From the NCBI GenBank assembly GCA_965279375.1, contig OZ257156.1, positions 672,001-736,000 of the forward strand: a stretch of 64,000 nt of DNA. Direction: 5' to 3'. The notes below the pieces were generated by a model. It was not told the DNA's origin, ran no database searches, and saw only the letters and a program-made list of their open reading frames with translations. A program made the translations under genes and the position numbers. Positions 40,808 to 51,617 of the stretch are shown piece by piece. Within the stretch, counting starts at the first letter, position 1; each line of letters begins with the position of its first letter. Source of the stretch: Gemmatimonas sp. Its GTDB lineage: Bacteria; Gemmatimonadota; Gemmatimonadetes; Gemmatimonadales; Gemmatimonadaceae.

Positions 40808-43800
40808 ATGCGACTATTGCCTTGGTATTGGGTAGCCCTGTTCTCGTGCGTGCCGCTGCTTGCCGTGCGCGCGCAATCCGGAAGGGTCGCTACCCCGACG
40901 TCGCGCCGTGAGCTTCTGAGCGGTCGCGTGACCACCGACAGTGGTCGCGCGGTCGCCGCGGCGACAATCATCGTGACGCGCGCGCCTGACCGAGCGGTGT
41001 TTCAGCTCGCGAGCGATTCAAGCGGAGGATGGCGCCTCTCCGTTCCGGAAGGCACGGGTGACTATCTCGTCTACGTCTCCGCGCCCGGCTTCTCCGCACT
41101 CCGCCGTCGTGTCGCGCGCGACCTGCCGCTGCAAGCCGGCGTTAGCGCGACAGACTCCGGGTTCACGATCGCGATGACGCTGCGACGCGTCGTGCCGCAG
41201 ACGCTCGCGACCGTGGACGTCGTGGCGAAGAAGCCGCGTGCCATGCGACCGACACTCGACATGATGAACCTCGGCGTCGGCGCTTCCGAAACGAATGTCG
41301 AAGGCGTCACGGGGCGCGTGTCCCCGGAACTCGAGGGGAACCTGGCAGCGCTCGCCGCCACCATGCCGGGCATCACGGCGGTAGACGGCGGCTTCTCCGC
41401 CCTTGGACTCGGCGCCAGCCAGAGCGCCATCACCATCAGCGGGCTGCAGTTCTCCGGGCAGGACATCCCTCGCGACCTGCGCACGCTCACGCGTGTGGCC
41501 ACCTCGACGTACGACCCCTCCCGCGGCTGGTTCGGCGGCGCGCAAGTCACGCTCGAAGTATCACCCGGGCTGCAGTACGCCTACAGCAACGCACACCTCA
41601 CGCTCGATGCGCCCACGCTGCAAACGCGAAATCCGCTTGGCGGGCGCGGCGCCTCGCAACTGACCAACCTGCAGGGCAGCTTCGCACGAGAAGCGGGCAC
41701 CATGCAGGATCGGCTGACGTACAGTCTCGGCGTGCAGGGCAGTCGCCGCGCGCAAGACGCGCTGTCGATATACGACGCAGACGCCGACGCCCTGCGACGT
41801 AGTGGCGTCTCTCCGGATACCGCGCAGCGGCTGCGCACCATACTTGGCGCGGTCGGTGTCCCGATCGGGGTACCGTCGTTCGGATCGTCCTGGGGTGCCC
41901 TCACCGAAGATCGTCTCTCGTTCGCCGGGCGTATCGGCACACCGATCGTGGACTACCTCAAGAACGTGGAGCCGAACACGATCGTAGGCGTGTCCGCCTT
42001 TGGATCGTGGCGCCGCACGCAGGGAGTCGGACTCACTCCCACCGCAGTCGGGACGCGCTCCGGTGAAGCGAGTGCGATGACACTCGGCGCCATTGCACAG
42101 TTCTCAAAGTTCATTGAGCCCGAAGGCTGGCTGCTCGAACTCAAGTCGGGACTCTCCGGCACCAGTGACACACAGACGCCTTACAGCCTCCTGCCGACCG
42201 GCCGAGTGCTCGCCGGCGGCGATGCAATCGACGGTTACCCGTCGGGGCTGAACACGCTCGCTTTCGGCGGCAACGGGCAGCTCGATTCACATCGACGCAC
42301 GGCGCTCTGGGAGTCACAAGGCTCCCTAAACTTCTTCGTACCGGGCCAGAACCGGCACGAGTTCCGCGTCGCGGCCGATGTGCGTCTGGACGCGGTACAC
42401 ATCCAGCAGAGCGCGGATCGCTTTGGCACCTATCGATTCGAGAGTCTGACCGATCTCGCCGCTGGTCGCGCCTCCAGCTTTTCGCGGACGCTTCGTACAC
42501 CCGCTGTATCCGCCGCGGGATGGAACGCCTTTGCCTCGCTTGGTGACGAGTGGCGTGTGCGACCCGGGCTTCGACTGCTCTACGGCGTGCGACTGGAAGG
42601 CAATCGCTTCGTGAACGCACCCGATCGAACTGATGCGTTGGTCCGTGCGCTTGGTGTCGAGACGGATCGTGTCCCAAATCGCGTGGCCGTCAGTCCGCGA
42701 CTGGGCTTCACGTGGCGTCGCAGCGTGCGCGAGGACAACTACACGATGGGGAGCATGGGAGCGTTTCGCATTCCGCGCCGCAGCATGATCCGCGGTGGCA
42801 TCGGACAGTTCCGCAATCTGCTCACACCGGATCTCGTCGCGTACGCGCGCTCGAACACAGGGCTCATCGATGGCACCGCACAACTCCTGTGCACAGGCGA
42901 TGCGGTGCCCGAGCCGCAGTGGGCATCGTGGGTGACGGGCGGCACGCTCCCGACGACGTGTGCGGCTGGTGCACCATCGATGTTCGTCGATGCGGCGCCG
43001 CGCGTGAGCACGCTCGACCCACGAGTGAATGCACCGCGAAGCTGGCGCGCGAATCTGGCGCTATCGGGCACGCGCTGGAACGCGAGCTACACACTCGAAG
43101 GGATCGTCTCCTGGAACCTCGATCAGTTTGGCACGCGCGACGCGAACTTCTCCGGCATCCCCCGATTCACCTTGGCGGACGAAGGGCGCCCAGTCTTCGT
43201 GTCGCCGAGCAGCGTCGTCAGCGTATCCGGTGCGGTCTCGCCGGTGGAGTCGCGTATCAGAAGCGAGTTCTCCCGCGTGCTGGTGCAGCATTCGCAGCTG
43301 CGCTCGCTCACGCGACAAGTCTCGCTGACCCTGTCGCCATCCGCCTTCCATTCCCATTGGTGGACGAGTGGCACCTACGTGCTCGGCTTCATGCGACAGC
43401 GCGCAGCGGGCTTTGATGGCGCCACGTTCGGCGATCCTCGCGCGAGCCTATGGTCGCCTGGCGATGCGGACGTGCGACATCAGCTCATCGTGCAGTCGGG
43501 GCTCACCTTCAACGGGATTGCGCTCACACTATTCGGTCGGCTCGCGTCCGGTGCGCCGTTCACGCCACTCGTCGGTTCGGATGTGAACGGCGACGGCTCG
43601 GCAAACGATGCCGCGTTCATCTACGACGTCAACGCCTCGGGGACACCGACGCCACTCGGCAACGAACTTCGCAGCCTCCTCGCATCCGCGCAGTCGCATA
43701 CGCGTCGCTGCATCGAACAGTCGGTCGGCCGCGCAGCGGGACGCAATACGTGCAACGGTCCGTGGACGTCCAGCCTCAACGCACGCATCGGCATCGACGG

Positions 43801-44524
43801 CACCCGCGTCGGACTGGGCGCCCGCACCAAGATCGGAATCAATCTCGCCAATCCACTCGGCGGACTCGATCAGCTACTGCATGGTGATGCGCTGCGCGGT
43901 TGGGGAACTCCCGCGTTTCCGGACCGCGTGCTGTTGCAGGTGCGCGGCTTCGACGCGACACGGCGCGCTTTCACCTATGCGGTCAATCCACGTTTTGGCG
44001 ACACGCGCCCACGCGCCGGCAGTGTGTACGTACCCTTTCGTGCAACGGTTGACGTGTCGATCGATCTCGCGCCGACGATGGCGCTGCAGCAGATGCAGAA
44101 GTGGCTCGGGCCCGGACGGCGCGGCAAGGGTACGCGCTTCACTGAAAAGGAGTACCTCGACCGCTTCCTGCGCGGCAGCCCGGACCCATATCGCACCATC
44201 GTGCAACAGTCGGACACGCTGCTCCTGAACCGTGAGCAGATCGCCGCGCTGCAACGCGCGCAGACGCAGTTTCGCGCCAAAATTCAGGCCATGTGGCAAC
44301 CATTGGCCGCGGAGCTCGCAGCGGAGGACGCCGAATATGATGCACGGCGCTTCGAGCGACGGCAGCACGTCATCGCTGACAGCGTGTGGAACTACACCGG
44401 CGACGATCTGCGAGCCGTGCTTCCGACGATCCTGAGCGCGATTCAACTGCAGCTGCTGCCATCGAGTCCCGCGGCGTACTATCGACAAACCGACAACAGG
44501 CGCCCGTCGTACTTCTTCTTCTAG
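40808..44524 (+). CDS. TonB-dependent-receptor-like outer-membrane protein with carboxypeptidase regulatory-like N-domain
   Basis: Signal peptide; LSGRVT..YLVYVSAPGF, STYDPSRGWFGG, SPRLGFTW, DVNGDGSAND. Confidence 0.8.
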   Translation: MRLLPWYWVALFSCVPLLAVRAQSGRVATPTSRRELLSGRVTTDSGRAVAAATIIVTRAPDRAVFQLASDSSGGWRLSVPEGTGDYLVYVSAPGFSALRRRVARDLPLQAGVSATDSGFTIAMTLRRVVPQTLATVDVVAKKPRAMRPTLDMMNLGVGASETNVEGVTGRVSPELEGNLAALAATMPGITAVDGGFSALGLGASQSAITISGLQFSGQDIPRDLRTLTRVATSTYDPSRGWFGGAQVTLEVSPGLQYAYSNAHLTLDAPTLQTRNPLGGRGASQLTNLQGSFAREAGTMQDRLTYSLGVQGSRRAQDALSIYDADADALRRSGVSPDTAQRLRTILGAVGVPIGVPSFGSSWGALTEDRLSFAGRIGTPIVDYLKNVEPNTIVGVSAFGSWRRTQGVGLTPTAVGTRSGEASAMTLGAIAQFSKFIEPEGWLLELKSGLSGTSDTQTPYSLLPTGRVLAGGDAIDGYPSGLNTLAFGGNGQLDSHRRTALWESQGSLNFFVPGQNRHEFRVAADVRLDAVHIQQSADRFGTYRFESLTDLAAGRASSFSRTLRTPAVSAAGWNAFASLGDEWRVRPGLRLLYGVRLEGNRFVNAPDRTDALVRALGVETDRVPNRVAVSPRLGFTWRRSVREDNYTMGSMGAFRIPRRSMIRGGIGQFRNLLTPDLVAYARSNTGLIDGTAQLLCTGDAVPEPQWASWVTGGTLPTTCAAGAPSMFVDAAPRVSTLDPRVNAPRSWRANLALSGTRWNASYTLEGIVSWNLDQFGTRDANFSGIPRFTLADEGRPVFVSPSSVVSVSGAVSPVESRIRSEFSRVLVQHSQLRSLTRQVSLTLSPSAFHSHWWTSGTYVLGFMRQRAAGFDGATFGDPRASLWSPGDADVRHQLIVQSGLTFNGIALTLFGRLASGAPFTPLVGSDVNGDGSANDAAFIYDVNASGTPTPLGNELRSLLASAQSHTRRCIEQSVGRAAGRNTCNGPWTSSLNARIGIDGTRVGLGARTKIGINLANPLGGLDQLLHGDALRGWGTPAFPDRVLLQVRGFDATRRAFTYAVNPRFGDTRPRAGSVYVPFRATVDVSIDLAPTMALQQMQKWLGPGRRGKGTRFTEKEYLDRFLRGSPDPYRTIVQQSDTLLLNREQIAALQRAQTQFRAKIQAMWQPLAAELAAEDAEYDARRFERRQHVIADSVWNYTGDDLRAVLPTILSAIQLQLLPSSPAAYYRQTDNRRPSYFFF

Positions 44525-44538
44525 CGTGTACGGACGCC

Positions 44539-45015
44539 CTATCGCGCGCGCAGTCGTATCGTCGCGCGGTACCGTGCCTGCGGAATCGGATCGAGCGTCG
44601 TCGGCATGGGATCGAGCTTGACCAACTGCACCTGATAGCGATCGATGGGAATCGTATCCTTACCCGGTTGCGTCTCGATGGTGAGGGTGCGTTTTCCCTC
44701 GGGGCTCGTTGCGAGCAGCGCCACGGCCGCCGTGCCGCCCCACACGCATTGGATCGTCGCGTTGACAGGGCAGCGCGATTCGTTGGCGACGCTCACGAAC
44801 GTCAGCGACAGCGCGCCCGGCGCGACCACCACAGCCTCGCCCGGCGCCAGCGTGATGTCCTGACCAGCAGCAACCCGCTCGTCGACGGCCAAAAGGTTGG
44901 GACTCGACCCGTCGGACTGACACGCGCCCACAAACGACGCGGTGAGAAGCATCGCGCCGAGTCGGTACAGCTGGCGCCCGAGGCGCCGGTCGTGACTGCA
45001 GGAGTGAGTGTGCAT
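44539..45015 (-). CDS. Hypothetical lipoprotein
   Basis: Lipobox VGAC; ESRCP..QCVWGG motif. Confidence 0.75.
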   Translation of the reverse strand: MHTHSCSHDRRLGRQLYRLGAMLLTASFVGACQSDGSSPNLLAVDERVAAGQDITLAPGEAVVVAPGALSLTFVSVANESRCPVNATIQCVWGGTAAVALLATSPEGKRTLTIETQPGKDTIPIDRYQVQLVKLDPMPTTLDPIPQARYRATIRLRAR

Positions 45016-45079
45016 GTCCTGCCCTACCTTCGCCACCGCATTTCCGTCACAGCGTACCGGCGCGGGCGCTTTGTGTGTT

Positions 45080-45511
45080 CTAGTGACTGGGACCGGACGC
45101 ACCGGACGTGACGTACGCCTTGTAGTTGTCCAGGATCGCCTGCCAGCCGGCCCGCTGCATGTCGACTGGAAACTCGCGGTCTGGCGTGAAGGTCTGCTTC
45201 ACCAGCGTTGATCCGTCGTGGTCCACGAACTCGGCCACCACTTCGCGCTCTGGACCAAGTGCCATCAGGATGCGCTCATGCGGCGTGACCTCGACGAAAG
45301 TGCCCTCGTAGTCGAATCCCATCGAGCCGTCCTTGGCTTCCATCCGATACGAAAACGCACCGCCCGCCTTCAAATCGAGTTGGGCGCTCGGGCAATGCCA
45401 ATCGGGCGACGCGAAATTCCAGGACGTGATGGCATTGGCGTCGGTGAACGCATGCCACGCCTGCGCGATGCCGGCAGGCACGACGACGGAGACGGTGATG
45501 GGAGCAAGCAT
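45080..45511 (-). CDS. SRPBCC/AHSA1 domain protein
   Basis: WNFASPDWHCP, RMEAKDGSMGFD, QRAGWQAILDNYK. Confidence 0.9.
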   Translation of the reverse strand: MLAPITVSVVVPAGIAQAWHAFTDANAITSWNFASPDWHCPSAQLDLKAGGAFSYRMEAKDGSMGFDYEGTFVEVTPHERILMALGPEREVVAEFVDHDGSTLVKQTFTPDREFPVDMQRAGWQAILDNYKAYVTSGASGPSH

Positions 45512-45676
45512 GGTGTCGAGAGTCGAGGGAGCGAGGCGCGGATGATTCCCGCGCCGAAAAAGCTATCACGATTCCGCAGTTGCAACCAATCGATCGACCC
45601 ACGCCCCTCCTGGACATCGGATAAACGTCGCGGCGATGTGCGGCATCCAAGCATCATGAGACTCGACCACCCGACA

Positions 45677-48484
45677 ATGCGCCGACGCCTCCGCCTCAGC
45701 GCACTCGCCCTCGTCGCTCCTCTGCTCGCTGGCGCGCGCGGTCAACCGCCTCGCGTCGATACGCTCGTGCTCCCGAATGTCACCGTCATCGACGGGACGG
45801 GCGCGCCACCGCGGCGGCAAGTCGACGTGCTCATCCGCGACACACGCATCGTATCGATTCGTCCGACCGGCACCCCGCTGCCAGCCGCGGCGCAGGTCCT
45901 CGAGGAGTTCCGCGGCATGAGCGTGATGCCAGGGCTGATCGATTCGCACGTCCATCTGGCGACCTCTCCCCGTGACTCTGGCGTCACCGCTGCACTGGGA
46001 CGCGCGGTCCTGCTTGGAGGCGTGACCTCCCTCCGCGATATGGGCGGCAACACCTCGCAGCTCCGTCGCATCAGCGCGCAGTATGCGCAGAGCGGCGTTG
46101 CCGCACCACGACTCTATACATCGGCCGTGGTCGCCGGCGCCAAAGGCCCGTGGAACAGCGGCGCGAGGAGTGGCTTTCTCGGTGGCACCGATTCCCCGGC
46201 GGACAGTTCGCGCAACATTCTCGCGACGGACGAATCGTCGACTGTCGCTGCGATCGCCTCCCTGCGTGGCCGTGGCATCATGGGCATCAAGCTGCTCGAG
46301 GACCTCGATCTCGGTCAGCTGCGCGCAGCGACTCGCGCGGCCCGCGCCGCCGGGTTGCGTGTGTGGTCGCACTGGGCAATCGATGACGTCACCCCCATGC
46401 AGATCGTGCGATCGGGCGTCGACGCCGTATCGCACGCCGACATGGCGTCGTGGGCCATGATCGACGGCCGTGGCAATTCCGATTCGGCGCGGCTCGCGCA
46501 GCGACTATGGATCTTCGAGCACGGTCGCATGAATCATCCGGGGTTGCTGGCCGTGCTCGACACCATGCGCGCACGCGATGTCGCGCTGGATGCCACCTTG
46601 TTGGTGTTTGCAATGGCGGCACAAAGCGAACGAGACGCGGCCACAGCCGGGACGGCGCGACGTTATCAGCACCTGATGCGATTCGCGTCGGCCGTGGTGC
46701 GCACCGCACACGAAAGAGGTGTGCGCATCGTCGCGGGCACCGACGCACTCGGCGGCTCCACGCCCAACCTGCACGCCGATCTGCAACTGCTCGTGGATAG
46801 CGCAGGACTCTCTCCGCTCGCAGCGATTCAGGCGGCCACGCGCAACGCCGCGCATGTGTTGGGTATCGCAGACTCCCTCGGCACGGTGTCCGAAGGAATG
46901 CTCGCGGATCTGGTCATTGTCGACGGCGATCCGTCGACGGATATCCGCGAAACGCTCCGCGTACGGGCCGTGGTGAAGAACGGTGCGCTATTCCGGCGAG
47001 AGCGCCCGTTGGTGGCGTCAGGGTTGACACAGCCACCGACTGACTCGGCTCGCATCGCGCGCGTCGAGCGTCGGCTCTGGCCCGCTGTGACGCTCCGCGG
47101 AACGAGCGACTCCGGATGGTCCGTTCACGATCGAATGCGTGCCCATGCGGTCGCTGGACTGAGCGTAGCCGTCGTGCATCGTGGACGCGTTGCTTGGTCG
47201 TGTGCGTATGGCGTTCGGGATCGCGCCACTGGTGATCCGATGACGACCGGCACACTGCTGCAAGCCGGATCGCTCAGCAAGCCGATGGCGGCAACGATCG
47301 CGATGTCGTTGGTGCAAGCAGGAACGCTGACGTTGGACGACGATGTGAATCGCTGGCTGCGTGCCTGGACCGTTCCGCGCGATTCATTCACTACCAAGCG
47401 GCCCGTGACGTTGCGCCTGCTCCTCAGCCACCGCGCGGGCTTCAACGTCAGCGGCTTCGATGGCTATGCCCGGGACAGCGCACATCCGTCAGTGCTGGAT
47501 GTTTTGCGTCGCACTGGCGCCACACGCTCCGACACCATTCGTGTGACGCGTCTTCCGGGTTCAGCCGCCGCCTACTCGGGTGGTGGATATCTGGTCGCGC
47601 AGCAGGTCATGACCGACGCGACGGGCCAGTCTTTCGAGACGCTCAGCACTGCGCGCCTGTTCGAGCCGTTGGGGCTGGCGCGATCGACGTACTCTGTCGT
47701 GTCCGAGCACGTCAACGCTGGTGATATCTCCCGCGGCTACCTCAGCGGCGGACGACCCGTTCCCGGAGGGTGGCGGGTGCTGCCAGAGCAGGCGCCGGCC
47801 TCACTGTGGACGACGCCAACAGAGTACGCGAGGTTCATCGTCGAGCTGCAACGCGCGTTCCGCGGTGACAGTTCGCGCGTGCTCTCCACGGAGCTCGCGC
47901 GTGCCATGATGACGACGCAGGGGAGTGCGGCCGACGAACAAGGGATCGGCGTTGGTCTCAAGGGAAATCCGCCGTTCCGATTCAGCCACACGGGCTGGAA
48001 CGATGGCTTTCGCTCGATTGCCATCGGATACCTCGACCGCGGCGAAGGCATCGTCGTCCTCACGAACGCGGATGACGGTGATGGATTGGCGATGGAATAT
48101 GTGCGCGCAGTCGCACGCGAGTATGGCTGGGCCGATCTCGCACCACAGCTACGTACCGCCATCCCGCTGTCTGCCTCGGAGCGTACTGCGCTCGTCGGTC
48201 GCTACCGCTTGGGGCGCGACTGGCAGATCGAGATTGCGGTGCGGAATGATACGCTCGTCGCCGGACCGACTGGACGACGACCCTTCCCGCTCTTCGCAGA
48301 GTCTCGAGACGAGTACTTCTTCACATTCGCGGAAGATCTGGGACTCTCGGTGCGGCGTGACGCCGCCGGTCACGTGGTCGGCGTTGTCTGGAAGCAAGGT
48401 GATCGCCATACGTATGGCGCACGAGAATCCCGCCGCTCACCGGCGCGCACGCCCATCAAGCCAGCGCGACAACCTCACTCCTGA
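45677..48484 (+). CDS. Secreted amidohydrolase / serine hydrolase (beta-lactamase-like) fusion
   Basis: PGLIDSHVH, AGTD, ADLVIVDGDP, then QAGSLSK, YSGGGY, SHTGWN and DUF3471-like tail. Confidence 0.85.
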   Translation: MRRRLRLSALALVAPLLAGARGQPPRVDTLVLPNVTVIDGTGAPPRRQVDVLIRDTRIVSIRPTGTPLPAAAQVLEEFRGMSVMPGLIDSHVHLATSPRDSGVTAALGRAVLLGGVTSLRDMGGNTSQLRRISAQYAQSGVAAPRLYTSAVVAGAKGPWNSGARSGFLGGTDSPADSSRNILATDESSTVAAIASLRGRGIMGIKLLEDLDLGQLRAATRAARAAGLRVWSHWAIDDVTPMQIVRSGVDAVSHADMASWAMIDGRGNSDSARLAQRLWIFEHGRMNHPGLLAVLDTMRARDVALDATLLVFAMAAQSERDAATAGTARRYQHLMRFASAVVRTAHERGVRIVAGTDALGGSTPNLHADLQLLVDSAGLSPLAAIQAATRNAAHVLGIADSLGTVSEGMLADLVIVDGDPSTDIRETLRVRAVVKNGALFRRERPLVASGLTQPPTDSARIARVERRLWPAVTLRGTSDSGWSVHDRMRAHAVAGLSVAVVHRGRVAWSCAYGVRDRATGDPMTTGTLLQAGSLSKPMAATIAMSLVQAGTLTLDDDVNRWLRAWTVPRDSFTTKRPVTLRLLLSHRAGFNVSGFDGYARDSAHPSVLDVLRRTGATRSDTIRVTRLPGSAAAYSGGGYLVAQQVMTDATGQSFETLSTARLFEPLGLARSTYSVVSEHVNAGDISRGYLSGGRPVPGGWRVLPEQAPASLWTTPTEYARFIVELQRAFRGDSSRVLSTELARAMMTTQGSAADEQGIGVGLKGNPPFRFSHTGWNDGFRSIAIGYLDRGEGIVVLTNADDGDGLAMEYVRAVAREYGWADLAPQLRTAIPLSASERTALVGRYRLGRDWQIEIAVRNDTLVAGPTGRRPFPLFAESRDEYFFTFAEDLGLSVRRDAAGHVVGVVWKQGDRHTYGARESRRSPARTPIKPARQPHS

Positions 48485-49450
48485 GACCGAATCGCGTACC
48501 ATCGCGGAATCGATCCACCCTCGATACTGCGGCAGCGTCTTGAGGTACGTGAGATAGCGCGGGTAGCTGCCGGGATCCTTGCCATCGAGAATCTCGACGG
48601 ACGTTTTGACGGTCGCCGCCGAAAACGCGCGCCAGATGCGCTGCCCGAACGCCGCCGTGGCCAAGCGTGGCGCGCCGAGGTAACCGGGCCAGTCGGAGCG
48701 CGCGGCCACCGCAAAGTCGGCGGCGTAGTTGGCGCCCGAGACGTCCGGTGCCTGTCGATAGTCCTTCGACACCAGCTCGGGGCGCAGATAGAGCATCAGA
48801 CTGTGCTCATCCATCCCCGCGTGCAGTGACAGCCCGTCCGCCGCTTTCTCTGCGGCGGTCATGTCGCTCATCGCACCGCCCCACCCCCCGAGCACCGGAA
48901 GCAGTCCCCACAGGTTCACCATCGTGCCGCGATACGTCTCGCGAAAGAAGTCGCCAGCTTCGTCGAGCGCGCCGATGTGCAGTGGCGACCCGTGTACATG
49001 CACCACGAGAATCCAACGAAATCCCTGCTCGCCCAACTCGCTCGCCAGATCGACGAACGTGGCGCGCAACGTGGACGGACGTATTGCGTACGTGCCCGGA
49101 AAGGAGAAGTGGTTCCCGATTTCATTCGAACCACTCGCCCCCGCCGAAATCTGCGGAAAGACAAGCACGGTCCAGCCCGGCCGCTGTCGTGCGATGCCGG
49201 CCGCCAACTCTTGCGTGAGCCGCGCACTCAGAATGCCGTCCGTGTTCGCCGGCAGATACGGGCCGTGCTCTTCCAGCATGCCGCCCGTCAGCAGCACGAC
49301 GGTTTTGCTCCGATCGAGTGCGCGAATCTGGCGCGTGTTGAGGTCGCCCACGTTCCGTACCTGAGCGACGACGTCCCGCGCGCAGAAGAGGATCGCAGCG
49401 GAGATGACACCGACTGCCCGCGCCCAGCGCCTGCTGTTGCCATGGTGCAT
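48437..49450 (-). CDS. Creatininase/mycofactocin MftE-like amidohydrolase family protein, secreted
   Basis: GMLEEHGPYLP..TD, VHVHG, LHAGMDEHS. Confidence 0.85.
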   Translation of the reverse strand: MHHGNSRRWARAVGVISAAILFCARDVVAQVRNVGDLNTRQIRALDRSKTVVLLTGGMLEEHGPYLPANTDGILSARLTQELAAGIARQRPGWTVLVFPQISAGASGSNEIGNHFSFPGTYAIRPSTLRATFVDLASELGEQGFRWILVVHVHGSPLHIGALDEAGDFFRETYRGTMVNLWGLLPVLGGWGGAMSDMTAAEKAADGLSLHAGMDEHSLMLYLRPELVSKDYRQAPDVSGANYAADFAVAARSDWPGYLGAPRLATAAFGQRIWRAFSAATVKTSVEILDGKDPGSYPRYLTYLKTLPQYRGWIDSAMVRDSVSGVRLSRWLDGRARR

Positions 49451-49604
49451 GTCATACTCCACGCGATGAATGTCGACGACGGACGGCCAATGCCAGTAGC
49501 GCGTGAACATGCGCGGAAAGTACGGCGCGATCCAGTCGTGTCAGCATGTCAACGAAGCGGCGTGGACACGCAGCGAAGCGAAGTCAGCCGTCAGTTTTCC
49601 CGGA

Positions 49605-50207
49605 CTAGTTGTACCAGAGCTGATACGAGCGCCGAATCGGCCACCGGTCGCCGCCCTTCCGCTCCATCCAGAGCAGATATCCTCCGCCACAGTTCTCGCC
49701 GCACCCCTGCACGAACTCCACGAGCGCGGTCGTGCTGTCGTCAGTGAAGGCGATCGGAGAGAACGACAGCACCTGCCGCTGTCCGGGATTCCTGCGCCGG
49801 AATTCGCCCCACCAATCCCTCGGCTGCGCCACGCGTATCGCCTCTGACTCGGCCGCCGTCAACACGCGCACTGGACGCGGGAGCGGCAGACGCGCGCTCG
49901 CTTGCGGCGAGCCACTCAACGCTTCAAGTCGTGCGGGCAGGCCGGAGGGCACCTGCGCGAACTCTTCCCACGTGGTCGGCACGCCCGCCGGTGCACGGAA
50001 CACCACCGTGCTCTCCGGCACGACGATCGGTCCGATCGAGCTGTCTCGTGCCATGGAGTCGAGGACGGCGGCATACACACGTGCGGCCGTCCCCGACGGC
50101 GCTACGAACGCAGCAGATCCTGATTCACTCGATCGCGCGCACGCGATCATCGCGAGGAGACTGAGCGCAGCAACTATCGGTCGTCCGACAGTTCGTTGAG
50201 TGTACAT
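49605..50207 (-). CDS. Hypothetical lipoprotein
   Basis: Lipobox MIAC; CGENCGGG motif near C-terminus. Confidence 0.7.
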   Translation of the reverse strand: MYTQRTVGRPIVAALSLLAMIACARSSESGSAAFVAPSGTAARVYAAVLDSMARDSSIGPIVVPESTVVFRAPAGVPTTWEEFAQVPSGLPARLEALSGSPQASARLPLPRPVRVLTAAESEAIRVAQPRDWWGEFRRRNPGQRQVLSFSPIAFTDDSTTALVEFVQGCGENCGGGYLLWMERKGGDRWPIRRSYQLWYN

Positions 50208-50332
50208 GAGAACGTGAGTCGAAAGCTGATCGTGAAGACGGCCGTTGCATTACACTTCCGCGGAACGTCGCCCTGCAACTTCGTCAATGGCGCGACATCT
50301 GGCGAGTGACGGACCGAGAGCCGGGAGACCGT

Positions 50333-50824
50333 ATGCCCACGTGGTTACGACGAGTGCGCGGTGTGCTGGGGATGGGCGTGATCTGGGCTGTCGGCGGAGC
50401 CTGCGTCGGCGGCGCGATTGAACTGCTCGACAACGTGCTCCCGGGTCGACTGGCGTTCATCGCACGCGTGGACATGTGGCCGCAGACGTTGGCGATTCCC
50501 GGATTCATCAGCGGAGCGCTCTTCGCGACGGTACTCATGCTCGCGAACCTCCGTGCACGCACGCGCGGCGATTCGAGTGCCATGTCCTTCTCACGCTTCG
50601 CGTCCATCGGCGCAATCGCCGGCATTCTGCTTGGCGCGATCGCCATGACCATCGGTGCACCACTGCTGTTCGTGGTCGCAACGACCGTGTGGGGTGTCAC
50701 CGCAGCATCGGGCTCATTCCTCTTTGCGCGACGTGCAACCACGCGTGCGCAGCTCGAGCTCGGCGATAGTGACGACTCGACTGACGCACCCGCGACTGAG
50801 CCGCCGAAGACGCTCACGGGTTAG
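50333..50824 (+). CDS. Hypothetical membrane protein
   Basis: WLRRVRGVLGMGVIWA; about four TM segments. Confidence 0.75.
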   Translation: MPTWLRRVRGVLGMGVIWAVGGACVGGAIELLDNVLPGRLAFIARVDMWPQTLAIPGFISGALFATVLMLANLRARTRGDSSAMSFSRFASIGAIAGILLGAIAMTIGAPLLFVVATTVWGVTAASGSFLFARRATTRAQLELGDSDDSTDAPATEPPKTLTG

Positions 50825-50937
50825 GCCACGCTTACCGACTCGGCGTCGATCATCAGCCACAGCCCGGCCCCCACCAACTCGAAGACGGCGGTTGCCGCCA
50901 GCGCGGTTGGCCAGCCGAGTGATTCCACTAGGTAGTC
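50821..50937 (-). pseudogene. C-terminal remnant of an MFS transporter
   Basis: DYLVESLGWPTALAATAVFELVGAGLWLMIDA* resembles the last MFS helices; no upstream body. Confidence 0.5.
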
Positions 50938-51059
50938 GCTCCGGTCTCCTCGACATTCAAGAGATCGAGCGGGCAGAATCGCGCAGCGTGGAAACCGCCG
51001 CACGTGTGCTCCGTACGCACCGCAGTCCGAGTGATCGCCCCCGCTCTCCGGAGTTGCGT

Positions 51060-51617
51060 GTGCAGGCAGCCGTCTTTCCCCGTCGCCGTGTGCTGTTCGT
51101 TGCGTCGCTGAGTGTCGTCTACTGGGCGCTTCTCGGCTGGCAGCACACACACGGCGGTGTCCCCGCGCACAGCTTCATGGCGCGAGACGACATGCCCAAG
51201 ATGTCCAACTGGTGGGGCGCGCTCACGATCCCACTGCTCGCAGTGGTGCTCACGGGTCTGCTGCAGCGACGCCTCGAGAAACTGCGCGCCGATCCCGTGG
51301 CCGCAGACCGCGCCTTGCGCCACGCCACATTCGCCTTTGTTGGTGCTCTGCTTTACGCGCTCGCGATGGCCGTCAGCTTCAGCATCGACCGTGAAAGTCC
51401 GATCATCGCCACGCTGTTCTTCGCGTTGCCCGCCGTCGCTGTACTGCTTCCGATTTTTCGGCCGGAATACCTGCTGGGGTTCGTCCTCGGGCTCACCTAC
51501 GTCCTCGGCCCCGTCATCCCACTGGTGGTGGCGACGGCGGCGGCGTGCATCAGTGCCGTAGCCGTCTTGCTGCTGCGGCCGCTCGTCCGTCGCGTCTTTC
51601 GAGCAGGCCAGCGTTAG
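51060..51617 (+). CDS. Hypothetical membrane protein
   Basis: HGGVPAHSF..DMPKMSNWWG..EYLLGFVLG; about five TMs. Confidence 0.75.
   Translation: MQAAVFPRRRVLFVASLSVVYWALLGWQHTHGGVPAHSFMARDDMPKMSNWWGALTIPLLAVVLTGLLQRRLEKLRADPVAADRALRHATFAFVGALLYALAMAVSFSIDRESPIIATLFFALPAVAVLLPIFRPEYLLGFVLGLTYVLGPVIPLVVATAAACISAVAVLLLRPLVRRVFRAGQR

Noticed and set aside
45560..45650. Faint attC-like fragments here and at 49540-49600 and 50225-50300
   Set aside because: Core TAAC/GTT boxes are missing or unpaired; too degraded to support by eye.
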